Part shown: positions 25,695 through 37,302 of the stretch, piece after piece | Layout of the letters: each line of letters starts with the position of its first letter | How positions within the stretch are numbered: position 1 is the stretch's first letter | Origin: Chiloscyllium plagiosum | Taxonomy: Eukaryota | Direction: 5' to 3' | NCBI RefSeq assembly: GCF_004010195.1 | Contig: NC_057719.1 | Coordinates: 80,054,709 to 80,118,708, forward strand | DNA: 64,000 nt | Notes under the pieces: generated by a model | Database searches by the model: none | Told to the model about the DNA's origin: nothing | The model's input: only the letters and a program-made list of their open reading frames with translations | Position numbers and translations under genes: made by a program

Positions 25695-26133
25695 GTGGAG
25701 GGATTGAGAGTTACTGGGAAAACTCAGTAAAGTGGACGTGACTAATGTTAGATCAGTCATAATCCTGTTGAATGACGGAGCCGGCTGGAGGGGCAGAAAA
25801 GTCAAACCCGATATATGGTAAGGGGACCACATTGGTCTTATTTGACCTGAGTTAAAGTTGTAACTGTTCTTTAAACATTGAGAATTTGTTTACAGGAGGT
25901 GACCAATAGACTTGTGTGGAGGGATTGAGAGTTACAGGGAAAACTCAGTAAAGTGGACGTGACGAATGTTAGATCAGTCATAATCCTGTTGAATGACGGA
26001 GCCGGCTGGAGGGGCAGAAAAGTCAACCCCGATATATGGTAAGGGGACCACATTGGTCTTATTTGACCTGAGTTAAAGTTGTAACTGTTCTTAAAACATT
26101 GAGAATTTGTTTACAGGAGGTGACCAATAGACT
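25695..26133 (+). repeat. Tandem duplication, 2 x 218 bp (period 221)
   Basis: 25695-25912 versus 25916-26133; 4 mismatches seen. Confidence 0.95.
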
Positions 26134-26667
26134 AGGATCTGTCGTATCTATGAATTTGTTCTTTATTTCTTTGATATCTCAATCTCTTTATTTTAATGCC
26201 TTTTCTATGTGTTCTGCATTTTTTTCTTGTCCATTAGTGCCTCTTTGCTAATGCTCTTCCATCTTGGCATAAACCATTCTGTATTGTATTTAAAAATTTT
26301 CAAAAACAGTGGTATTTTTCTTTTGCTCATTAGAAATTTGCTGAGCTTGGTGTGGGCAGTGTCTGGCTCATTTTGCTAAAGTCACCCCAAAACAAGTTAC
26401 AGCCAATGAATTGCTTTCTTTTCTGAAAGAAAGAGATTGCTATTGGTTAGAAGTCCAAGGGTTCTTATTACAGCCACTCTTTCTATGATGGTTGTGACAC
26501 CAAAGTTCACGTAGAAATAATGCTCCGACTCTTAAATTGCTGTATACAATATTTGGAAATCGCTGTAATTCAAAGGCTACAGAGTATTGAATTTACTTTG
26601 TTCAAACACTACTTTTTCCAAATGTGAAACCTCTTAACTTAATAGCATTCCTACCTTCCTATTACAG

Positions 26668-26805
26668 ATACCATAAATCACATGTCCTCAGACCTTGATA
26701 CTTGCTCCCAAATACTTGATAAAAATCCATTCGATAATCTGGATTCGGGGTCTCGTGATTGCAATAAGGAAGACCTGGAATATGAAGCACAGTTTATGAA
26801 ATATG
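26668..26805 (+). CDS. BUB1B: BUB1B candidate symmetric exon (DTINHMSSDLDTC...EAQFMKY)
   Basis: ccttcctattacag acceptor, strong G|gtaagg donor; 138 nt, open in phase 1-1; no homology recognised. Confidence 0.65.
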
Positions 26806-27199
26806 GTAAGGGAGATGGTTTGAGGTTTGCCCAATTTTAGTAGTGATATGATTTTTCAATGGTGCTGGACTGTAAAAGGACTAAATTATCCTTTTAAATA
26901 TGTCTGAGCTGAAGTAATAAGGAATGAGGATTTTGTTTTACCTTTTGGACCCCTCATCGGTTATAAATGGACTCCATACTGGAGAATATTCTGTTTTGGA
27001 ATAGGATGATAATACTTTTGACTCCTGGGATTCTCAACATTGGTTGCATCAAATTCAGATCTTGCATTGCTGATAATTGTATATGTCTTGCTGAGCATAT
27101 TGTTGAAGAACCTCTGGTGCCTTGGCTGTTCATTGTAGAATATACCAATTAACCTGGTAGTAGCATGTACCATACTGAAATAATTTATTTGTTTTCTAG

Positions 27200-27317
27200 C
27201 TGACAACAGCCATCTAAGTTCAGTCTCAGCCCTGATGCCCCCATTCTTGGGCTTGCCACCTGCATCAGCTGCTTTCAGCATTTTTGATGAGACTGCAGAA
27301 GCTGAAATCCAGAATAA
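27200..27317 (+). CDS. BUB1B: BUB1B exon with ABBA motif FSIFDE
   Basis: gttttctag acceptor, AA|gtgagt donor; AFSIFDE matches human PFSIFDE. Confidence 0.92.
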
Positions 27318-28758
27318 GTGAGTCTGACTAGATGATATAGCAAAATTGTAACAGGAACTGTCATCTTCGCCTTTTAAAAGAAACCAGAGTGATATATTTA
27401 CAGCTTATGTTTTAAACGCTTCCAGCACGGTTGTGACGGAGCATGTTCACTGCTAACCTTTTATTGAGTCAGTGACAGCTGCTGAAAGTGAACTTTTGCT
27501 TGAGCAATGCCATAATGGTCAATTTTTTCCCAATCTTGATTTGTGTTCGGAGATGTCACAACTTAATTACACTTCTTAATAATTACCCATCCAACGGTGT
27601 CTCATTTTCTAAATCATTAGAGGCAAGCATATTGCAAAATCACTTTACTTGGCACTAATGATTTTGTTTGTTGGAACCCCCCCCACTTGCCACTTGTTTG
27701 GTGTAAGCAAGGATTAGTGGACCGAGGGGAATGCTGAGCAAAGTGGTGCTTTTGTTTAAAGACCAATGTAAACTTACATGAGAAAAGAACCCTTTTAAAA
27801 CCATGGTTTACAAATATTATTGGATTTTAAATGAAAGCAACTTAATGCTCATTGTGAGCATTGTAACATCAGCTGTGGATTGCACCAGTAGTTAGAGATG
27901 AACCGGAGCTGAAGGGTTGAACTTTGGCTGCTGGTAACAAGTAGCAAATTGGTTTGTGGATTAGTGATCAGTTACCATTAACAAAGATCTTCTTTGCCTT
28001 TCTCTGCTGTAAAAGCCACTTGTAAGCTTGAAGAAAAGCAGTTTATTTTTCCTTCAGTTGCTATAAACTGTGACTTTGAATATAAAATATATCTGATTAA
28101 TCAATTAAGTCGGCAAACATGTGCCTCTTGGAAACCAGTGGAAGCTTCAATCTGACTCGCGCAGGAATCATTTCACCAATCCTATTGAACAATGAATATT
28201 GAACAGTTTTCTCAGTTCCCTCTGTCCATAATTACTTCCACTGTTTGAAATATAAATCGGCACCCTGAATGTTGAAGGTATAATATTTCATCTTGTTAAC
28301 TTTATCTTTCTAATGTGGTGCTACCTTGTAATTCCAAGGAGGGCACGGGAAACTCTAACTTGCTCAAGTGGTCACTATTCATAGTGAACCTTGACAGTGA
28401 CTGCAGACAGACTGTTATTTGCTTTGCATTGCACTGGAGACTCCCTGTCTTCAGCAGGAATTGTACGCAAACACTTTAGATAGTTCCACCTTCTAATCCT
28501 CCCTAACCAAGAACACAAAGGAATTATAGCGTTGCTACTGCCTTAGTGATTGAGATAAGCTGATCCATATAGATCAGGAATTTAAACTTGGGCTTTTCTT
28601 CTTGGGGAACATTTTAATCATTAGAGAATTTCCTTTTGCATTTACTGAGCTGAAATGTGGATTGAAGCAATTAATTCAAATTATAGCTTTTGAATTTCCT
28701 CTGCACAAACCTTTGTTTTGGATTGTTGGTCAGTTTGATTTTTTTTTCCCCCACCAAG

Positions 28759-28861
28759 GCCACAAGCAAGTTACTTAAAGCTCAATACTCAATGGCGACG
28801 TTCAGGAATTCTTGTACCATCACAGCATGTTCTGCCTGAAGGGATCTGTTCTGCTGCATGT
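28759..28861 (+). CDS. BUB1B: BUB1B exon (KPQASYLKLNTQWRRSGILVPS...SAAC)
   Basis: Polypyrimidine tract plus caag acceptor, T|gtaagt donor; phase 2 to 0. Confidence 0.85.
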
Positions 28862-29745
28862 GTAAGTTATAATCCTGTAGAAATTCTATTTAAGTTATCC
28901 CTAAATTTGTAATTCACCGTGTAAGAACTGAGTTTGCTATTTATGCAATCAGAAGGATAAGGGGCTGGAATTATTTGCAGAAGCTAGAACTGTTCTGTTG
29001 TTTGGAGCAGGGAAAGTTATTGGGTGTTTGAGCAGTTTAAATTACCAGAGATCACAATTTAAGGCAATTGGCAAAGGTCAGGAGAGAGCAATATCTTAGA
29101 TCAGACATGCAGTGTTTAAAAGGTTAGAGAAAGAAATTCAGTGTATTTTTGTCATAAGGAATTGATGTGCTTACGACCATTTATGAGAGCGAGCAGGCTT
29201 TGATGCATTAGCCAGCTCTTTCAAAGAGGTAATGCTGTGCACCAAATGACCTTCATTTTAGGCAGGGTGATTCTATTATACCTATGCTTTCTGTAGGTAG
29301 ATCGGCTGAGTCCTGTTTTGTACTTTGCACTTTATGCTATTTGTGTTCACTGCCACAATATATTCTTAAATTTAATCACCCATGAATGAACTCAGAACTT
29401 TGGAGTTTTGAAGATAGCTGTTCAGATACTCTTTTCCTGTTGAATTGAGACTGAAGCCTTTTTCAAAATTTTCTGAGAGTAATTGAACTGATACTGAGTG
29501 ATTCATCCTTGTTTTGCTTTCCCTTTTTAAGAATTGTAATAGCTGGTACTGGTCTAAAACACGTAATAGTATTTTCTGTTGAAGTTTGCATGTTTTTCTC
29601 CGTTTGACTACAGCTATTACTGTACCAAACTTAAGTATTAGTTTTTAATTTCTCTGCATTTTTTTTGTGGCATCAATTAATATTCTCTTGGATGTGTATG
29701 TGGTTAAATAGTAAACTCGGCTGTGTCCTATTTTATGTTTTTAAG

Positions 29746-30017
29746 GATGATTTAGATGGGATTGAGCCCCTGAATGAAGATCACTTTGTGAGTAGTGATT
29801 ACCCAAACAAGACCCTTGGCCCTTATCCCGAAAACACCTGTGACTTTAGCAGAGGGGCACATTTGGTCTCAACCCCTTTCCACAGAAATACACTAACTGA
29901 TGACCAGGAGAACTCAATCAAGAAAAACTGTATAGATGGTAGTAAAAATGCTCTGAGTTCTTTATCTCCCATCAAGGAGTCCTTGTTTGACCAACCTCTG
30001 CATACGAAGAAACTGAG
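29746..30017 (+). CDS. BUB1B: BUB1B exon with STP Polo-box docking site and first part of KARD
   Basis: Encodes DDLDGIEPLNED...ENTCDFSRGAHLVSTPFH...TKKL(S); AG|gtaaga donor. Confidence 0.95.
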
Positions 30018-30119
30018 GTAAGAAATTTTTGTGATAATTGATTTTTTGCTACCCTTTTGTGAGACTACATTGAAATTCTAATCCAAACAAGATCTGTGGA
30101 ATATTTAGCCTTGTTATTC

Positions 30120-31508
30120 AAAAGTACCTGAGGGAAATCAGGAGGGCAAAAAAGGTGACATAGCTTTGGCAAATAGGGTTAAGGAGAATCCAAAAGGATT
30201 TTATATATATACTAAGGACAAAGGAGTAGCTGGGAGAGAATAGGGACTCTCTCAAAGATCACCAACGCAGCCTATGTGTGGAACCACAGGAGATGGGGTA
30301 AATACTAAACTAGTATTTTGCATCAGTGTTTACTGTGGAGAAGGACATGGAAGATGTAGAATGTGGGGAAATAGATTACAGAGGATCTGTATTTTATGCA
30401 TTTTAGGAAATTCATAAAATTGGATAAATCTCCGGGCCCTGATCAGGTGTACCCTAGATCTCTGTGGGAAGTGAGGAAGTGATTGCTGGGCCCTGGCTGA
30501 GATATTTGTATCATAGTCACTGGTGAGGTGCTGGAAGACTGGAGGTTGGCTAACATGGTGCCACTATTTAAGAAAGGTGTTAGAAAAAGCCAGGGAACTT
30601 TAGACCAGTGAGCCTGACATCTGTGATGGGCAAGTTGTTTGAGGGAATCCTGAGGGGCAGGATTTACATGTATTTGGAAAGGTAAGGACTGATTAGGGAT
30701 AGTCAGCATGGCTTTGTGCGCAGGAAATCCTGTCTCTCAAACTTGATTTTTTTTAATGAAGTAATGAAGAGCATTGAGGGCAGAATGGTGGACGTGATCT
30801 ATATGGACTTCAGTAAGACATTCAACAAGTCCTCATGGTAGACTGATTAGCAAGGTTTGATCTCGTGGAACACGGAGAACTAGCCATTTGGGTACAGAAC
30901 AGGCTTGAAGGTAGAAGACAGGGTGGTGGTGGAGGGTTGCTTTTCAGACTGGAGGCCTGTGACCAGTGGTATGCCATAACGATTGGTGCTGGGTCCACAG
31001 CTTTTTGGCATTTATATAAATGATTTGGATGTGGACATAGGAGGTACAGTTAGTAAGTTTGCAGATGACACCAAAATTGGAGGTGTAGTGAACAGCGAAG
31101 GAGGTTTCTTCAGTATAATGAGATCTTGATTAGATGGGCCAATGAACTGAGGATTGGCAGGTGAGTTTAATTCTGATAAATGTGAGGTACTGCATTTTTG
31201 AAAAATAAATCGGAGCAGGGTTTATACACTTAATGGGAAGGCCTGGGGAATGTTGCTGAATAAAGAAACCTTGGGATGCAGGTTCATAGTGCCTTGAAAG
31301 TAGAGTCACAGGTAGATAGGATAGTAAAGAAGGCATTTTGTATACTTTCCTTTATTGAACAGAGCATTGAGTATAGGAGTTCGGAGGTCATAGGAAGTAT
31401 TTAGAGGGATATGGGCCATGTGCTGGGACTAGATTAATTTAGGATATCTGGTCATTATGGATGAGTTTGCTCAAAGGGTCTGTTTCCATGCTGTACATCT
31501 CTGACTGT
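30120..31508 (+). mobile_element. CR1 (HER1-type) LINE, internally deleted
   Basis: agtaagtttgcagatgacaccaaa (SKFADDTK); tail gggtctgtttccatgctgtacatctc. Confidence 0.88.
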
Positions 31509-31935
31509 AGTCATAGAGGTGTACAGCATGGAAACCGACCCTTCAGTCCAACTCGTCCATCCTGTCCTAATCTAGTCCCATTTGCCAGCACTTGGCCCAT
31601 ATCCCTCTGAATATTCCTGTTCATATACCCATCAAGGTGCGTTTTAAATGTTACAATTGTACCAGCCTCCACCACTTCCTCTGGCAGCTCATTTCATACA
31701 CACATCTCCTCCATGTGGAAAAAGTTGCCCTTTAGGACCCTTTTATATCTTTTTCCCCCTCTTGCCCTACACCTATGTCCTCTAGTTCTGGACTTTTTCC
31801 CCACCAGGGAAAAGACCTTATCTATTTATCTTGTCCATGCCCCTCATGATTTTATATACCTCTATAAGGTCACCCCTCAGCCTCCGCTCCAGGAAAAACT
31901 ATCCCAGCCTCTCCCTTTCATTCAAATTCTCCAAG
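31509..31935 (-). mobile_element. CR1 LINE 3' end, tail-to-tail with the previous element
   Basis: Reverse complement of the same 3' tail. Confidence 0.85.
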
Positions 31936-32519
31936 CTAGTCCCTCACTATATAAAAGAAGCTTTATTTTCACCATCCTCATTCAAGAACTAATTTTACTA
32001 GCAACTGAAAATCCCTTTCAAGTTTTCTGTGCTGCTTGTTCATGAGAATTGCTTATAGTACAAGGCAGCTGCTTGGAAACTAATGGGCTGAAATTTGGGA
32101 TGAGCCAGAGAATCACTGTGAAAGGAAGTTCACATCAACTGACAATACACAGTTGGAGATGGAGCTTCTCTTTAATCCCCTTCTTACAGGAATTATCATA
32201 TTTTTAAAGAGCTTATTTGCTGAATTTATAAATTGCCAGTACTTCATATCTGGTTGATATATTTTTAAATAACTGACTATCTTGATGTTTCACATTCTTT
32301 TTGGAGCTGCAAAAGAATGGGGAAAGATGATTTATATAAGAAAGGTATGTGAATTAAACAGATCATCTCAAACCTAGGAGTAGGTGATTGAAGACATGGA
32401 GAATAAATGAATTATAGAAATTTGTAGGTGTGTGTAATTAGGACTACTGCTTTTGTTGAGGACAAACACTAATATTTATTTGGGCCATCAGAACTGTTGG
32501 ATAGGAAATAAACATGCTT

Positions 32520-33582
32520 GAGTTGTGGGCTTTGTTGGCTAGACCAGAATTGAATGTCTGTTCTTAATTACCCTGGAAAAGGTGATGGTGTGCTGTTTTA
32601 CTGATCTGCTGCAGTCCTTAGATATGTGGGCAGCCAAACTACTGTTGGGAAAACTTTGTGGATTTTGACCTAGAAGCTGTGATGGGGTGGTGATATAATT
32701 CCAAGTCACAATAGTGTGTGACTTGATGAAACTTCCAGGTTGTGGTGGTGGTGTTCTCCTGTATCCGCTGCCCTGGTTCTTTAGGTGGGAGGGATTGTGG
32801 TTATAGAAGGAACTGTGAAAAAGAACCTGAGCAAGTTGTTGCAGTGCACTTTATAGATGGTGCACACTGCCACTGGTGAAGGGAGTGAATGTTGAAGATG
32901 GCAGATGTATGCCAATCAAGCAGGTTGATCTTTATCCCAGATTGTGTTGAGTTCCTTGAAATCTGGAGTAGTACAATTTCAGGCAAATGAAGAGGCTGCC
33001 ATCACATTCCTGTCAATTCCAGACAGAAGTTAGGCATTTTGATAGGTGATGAGTTACTTGCCACATAGTCCACCCTGCTGGTTTCTGATCTGTTATAGCC
33101 ACGATATTTATATGGCTGGTCCAGTTCAGCTTTTGAATGGCAAGATGGCACTCCAAGATGACAGTGGAGAACTAAGCAGTGTCATTGAATGTCAGGGGTG
33201 GTTTTTTTGATTTTTTTTCATTGAAGATGGTCATCATCTGCAACTTACCACACCAACCCCAGATGTTATTTACCCCTTGCTACATTTGGATATAGACTCT
33301 TTCAGTATTGAGTCTCAAATGGTTCTGAACATTGTGCAGATTTTAGTGAATGTCCCCACTTCGGACCTTGTGGTGAAAGGAACATTATTGATAAGATAAC
33401 TCAAGATGTTTGGGTGTAGCTCATTATCCTAGGAAACTACTTTTGCAGTGATGTTCTGAGATTGAGATGATCATCCAATGACTGAGATCATCATTCTTTA
33501 TTCTACGTATGACTTCGGCAGTAGGGAGGTTTCTTCTTGACTCCCTTTGACTCCAGGTTTGGTATGGCTCCTGGATGTCATG
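32520..33582 (-). mobile_element. LINE fragment, second CR1/L2-group family
   Basis: Collinear similarity to 18930-19810. Confidence 0.7.
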
Positions 33583-33584
33583 TT

Positions 33585-34340
33585 AGGATAAATTAGGGTC
33601 GTAGATATATACAGCACGGAAACAGACCATTTGGTCAACCTCATCCATGCTGACCGGATATCCTAAATTAATATGTTCCCATTTGCCAGTACTTAGCCCA
33701 TATCTCTCTAAACCCTTCCTATTTATATTCCCATCCAGATGCTTTTTAAATGTTGTAATTGTACCAGCCTCCACCACTTCCTCTTGGCAGCTCATTCCAC
33801 ACATGCTGAAAATGTGTTGCTGGAACAGCGCAGCATCCAGGGAACAGGAGAATTGATGTTTCGGGCATAAGTCCTTCTTCAGGCTTATGCCCGAAACGTC
33901 GATTCTCCTGTTCCCTGGATGCTGCGTGACCTGCTGCACTGTTCCAGCAACACATTTTCAGCTCTGATCTGCAGACCTCACTTTCTCCACATTCCACACA
34001 TGCACCACCTTCCTGAAAAGTTTGCTCCTTGGGTTCCTTTTAAATCTGTCCCCTCTCACCCAAAACCTCTGCCCTATTGTGTGGACTTCCCCTATCCCAG
34101 TGAACCATTTCAGACTCAAATACTAAAGCAGTCCATATCCAAATGTAGCAATGCCTAGACAATACCTAGGATTGGTGTGGTAAGTTGCAGGTAATGACCA
34201 TCTTCAATAAGGGAGAATCTTATTTAACCTATCCATGCTCCTCATTTTATAAACCTCCAAGGTCGCCTCTCAGTCTCTAATGCTCCAGGGAAAACAGTCC
34301 CAGCCTTTTCAACCTCTTCCTATAGCTCAAATTCTCTTCT
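33585..34340 (-). mobile_element. CR1 LINE 3' end with nested PLE
   Basis: Minus ORF has EEVVEAGTITTFKKHLD; CR1 tail near 33600. Confidence 0.8.
33807..33989. mobile_element. Palindromic PLE-derived element, family A
   Basis: Inverted arms meet in the ribozyme region; 14-bp TSD CATTCCACACATGC (33793-33806, 33990-34003). Confidence 0.85.
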
Positions 34341-34579
34341 GCCTTGAAGTTAAAGACAATCACTGTCACCTCCCCCAAGAAGTTCAGTTCTGTTGACCAT
34401 GTAATGAGGTCAGGAATGGCCTGTGTTCTTTGCTCTAGCCTCTTGTAGACCGGCAATGAAGGCTTAATGGATCATCTTGTGAAGCTAGTGTATATCTCTC
34501 TAGAGAGTGGAGAGACAGCAGGTCTTGGGGTTGGTTTCAGAAATGGGGTGATGAGGGTAGGAAAAGAATGAGCATGGTT

Positions 34580-35640
34580 TGCCATACACTCAAAGAACAG
34601 TAGCACAGGAACAGGCCCTTTGACCCACTAAGACTGTGCCAACACATGACACCTTTCAAAACTTAAAAAAAAAGTTTGCCTCTAAGCGTTCGGTCACTCT
34701 CTATTCCCTGCCTATTCAGATATCTGCATCTTAAATGTTGCTGTTGTAACCACCTCATTCACCACACTTCTGGCAACGCAACCCAGACACTTACCACCCA
34801 CTGTTTAAAAAATACTTGTTACCATTAAACTTACCTTTTTTTAAAAAGTCCTTAAACCTACGGCTCCTAGAATTAACTTTTTTCTATCCTGGGAAACAAA
34901 CTTCGACTGTCCATTCTATTGATGCCTTTCATAATTTTGTAAACCCATGTCAGGTTGCCCCTCATCCTTTGAAATTCAAGTGAAAACAAACCAAGTTTGC
35001 GCAATCTCTCCTAATAGATACTATCTCCAAAAAGGTCACATCCTGTTCCTGTACCCCTTCCAAAGCTTCCTCATCACTCTGGCAGTATGGTGACCAGATC
35101 TTCCAAAATATGCGACCTTGCATTTGTCTGGATTAAATTCATCTGCTATTTCTCCACCCAAGCCTCTAATCTACCTGTATCCTGTTATATTGTTTGGTTA
35201 TCCTCACTTTCCGCAACTCCCCCAATCTTTGTGTTGGCCACAAACATAGTTAAATATGCTCCAAACAAGAGGTTTCTGCACTGATCCATGTGGGACACCA
35301 CTAGTTACAGATCTCCAGTCAGAAAAGCACCGCTACTGCCTTCTATGACTAAATCAGTTTTGTATCCATCTTACCAGCTCACTCTGGAACTCGTGTGACT
35401 TCATCGTTTGTATTGGCCTGCCATGAGGGCCTTTTGTGATCTTTAGCAATGTCTTTTACATCCAGTGCCCTGCCTTCCTTAACCATCTTTGTCACTTCCT
35501 CAAAAAAACTCAATCAAGTTTGTGAGATGCAGCTTTCCCTGGATAAAGCCATTCTGGCTGTTGCTAATAAGTCCAAATTTTTCCAGATGTGAGTAAATCT
35601 TTTCCCTAAGAATCTTTTCCAATAATTTCCTTACCACTGC
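34580..35640 (-). mobile_element. Decayed CR1 LINE
   Basis: RT-region motifs (gatccatgtgggacaccactagt) and 3' tail on the minus strand. Confidence 0.75.
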
Positions 35641-35870
35641 CAAAAGACAGAGTGAGACAGGGGATCAGTATGGATTGGAATCAATTTAATCCTGTGTTTG
35701 TGAATTTTCATGAATGTTCTGTAATTAATCCCACAATGGTAATGTTCCTTCACGTGTTTGATATGATTCTTATTTGAAACTTGACAGTTGAAATTTACAT
35801 GTGCTAGGTGATTTTAGTCTTCTCTGTTGTAAATGATGGGACAATATTTGAGTATTAGTTTGTACCACAG

Positions 35871-36046
35871 TCCAATTCAGGAAGCAAGTGAAGATGGCCT
35901 GTCCTCTGCTGCTACCACCTCCTCTTCTGCGGTTTCCTCTTCTTCCGTGGGAGGACTTGGAACTATGAGTGACTTGAATGTCTTGGAGAAACTTGAACTG
36001 GGCCACTTGAACTCTTGTGAGACCAACAGTATGAACTTCACCTCAG
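35871..36046 (+). CDS. BUB1B: BUB1B exon completing KARD (S)PIQEASE, Ser-rich tract, EKLEL
   Basis: ccacag acceptor, CAG|gtatga donor; splice yields KKLSPIQE. Confidence 0.93.
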
Positions 36047-37302
36047 GTATGACTTGCTGTCTGTATTTAGTCTTTCATAGTTAGGTATAACAAACCAAGT
36101 CAGCAAGACAACTGTTCAGTTACTATTCTTGACAGTGTGACTAAACTAGATTGACTTTTTGTGTTAATAGCTAAGGGTGGATTCTGATTTGGAGGATAGC
36201 TGGTGATGATTAGTGTTGAATCCAAGCAGGTACTACAAATACGATCTGATTATTTAAAGAGACATAGTATGAGGTGCTACAATTAACTATATAATTATAG
36301 TTTTGGAAATTTTCCATATTATTTTTTGTATTGGATGTTGAGTGACTGTTTCTAAGACTTCCAAATATTTGTTTACAAAACAAAATAAATGATGTAATGA
36401 AAAGCATTTTGCCCAGGAATGGATCATTTATTGAATTTTTTTTCTTGATGTCTGATTAGAAGGTAAGATTTATTATTCTTTGCTTTATTTTGTGGAGGTT
36501 ATGCACCTCAAGCTCGCTGATCTCTTAGCTCTGGTCAAGGCTGAGTGTTTACATTATCTGCGACAATTATGCTTTGAGAACCTATCGCTGCTTTGAAATT
36601 GATTTCAGTCAAGTCATTCAACTCAATAGGAATAAGTTTTACAGCTATATTTATAATTAAAATGCAAGTCTGCTTTTAGAAAATCAGTGTCATTTATTGA
36701 AATCCTTTATTTCCCCCATTGTATTGCTTTGCAAACTTCATTATTCTATGTAGTTTGTAATTCACATCTATAAACCAATGATATATTTTTAGAAGTGAAC
36801 AGTGGCCCACAGTGCTTGTTGATTCAATTTGATGTATGTGCTCTCCCAAAGTGGGTCTTGCTGAACAAGGCAGGTTGGGACCAGTATGTCCCTGGCCTCC
36901 AAATAGAGGTCAGACATAACACTTTTCCATATTTCTGTTTTAATCTTACTAAAATCCCATGGATCCTGAAATATTTTGAGGCTCCTTTCTCAACAGAGTC
37001 CTGTGAGCATTGACTGCAACACACCTACCCACCCTTGCAATATAAATTCAACCTGGCAGATGATTCTGTAGTTTGTAGCTATGTTCTTCGGCTTTCTTCA
37101 GCAGCCAGCTTGGAATCCTTTTGGAGGGCTCTGTGCCAAATGAGGCAACTGTAAGAGATATGGTTGACCTGTAGTTCTAGTTGCTTTAAATATGCAGCAA
37201 TGTTTATTTTAATTGTATTTAATAATCAAAGCTGAGACAGACATTTGTGGGCTTGGCCAAAGTTTTGTTAGTATCATTCTTTCCACTGAAGTCAGATCAT
37301 TT

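Larger units (their letters stand above)
22440..25800 (+). mobile_element. Older CR1 LINE ORF2 remnant hosting two nested insertions
   Basis: gtatttggactttcagaaggcatttgacaaagtgcctca (YLDFQKAFDKVP); 3' tail near 25750-25800. Confidence 0.8.

Noticed and set aside
36997..37070. Possible extra exon after ttctcaacag
   Set aside because: TGA in the required phase 1; flanking exons already join in frame
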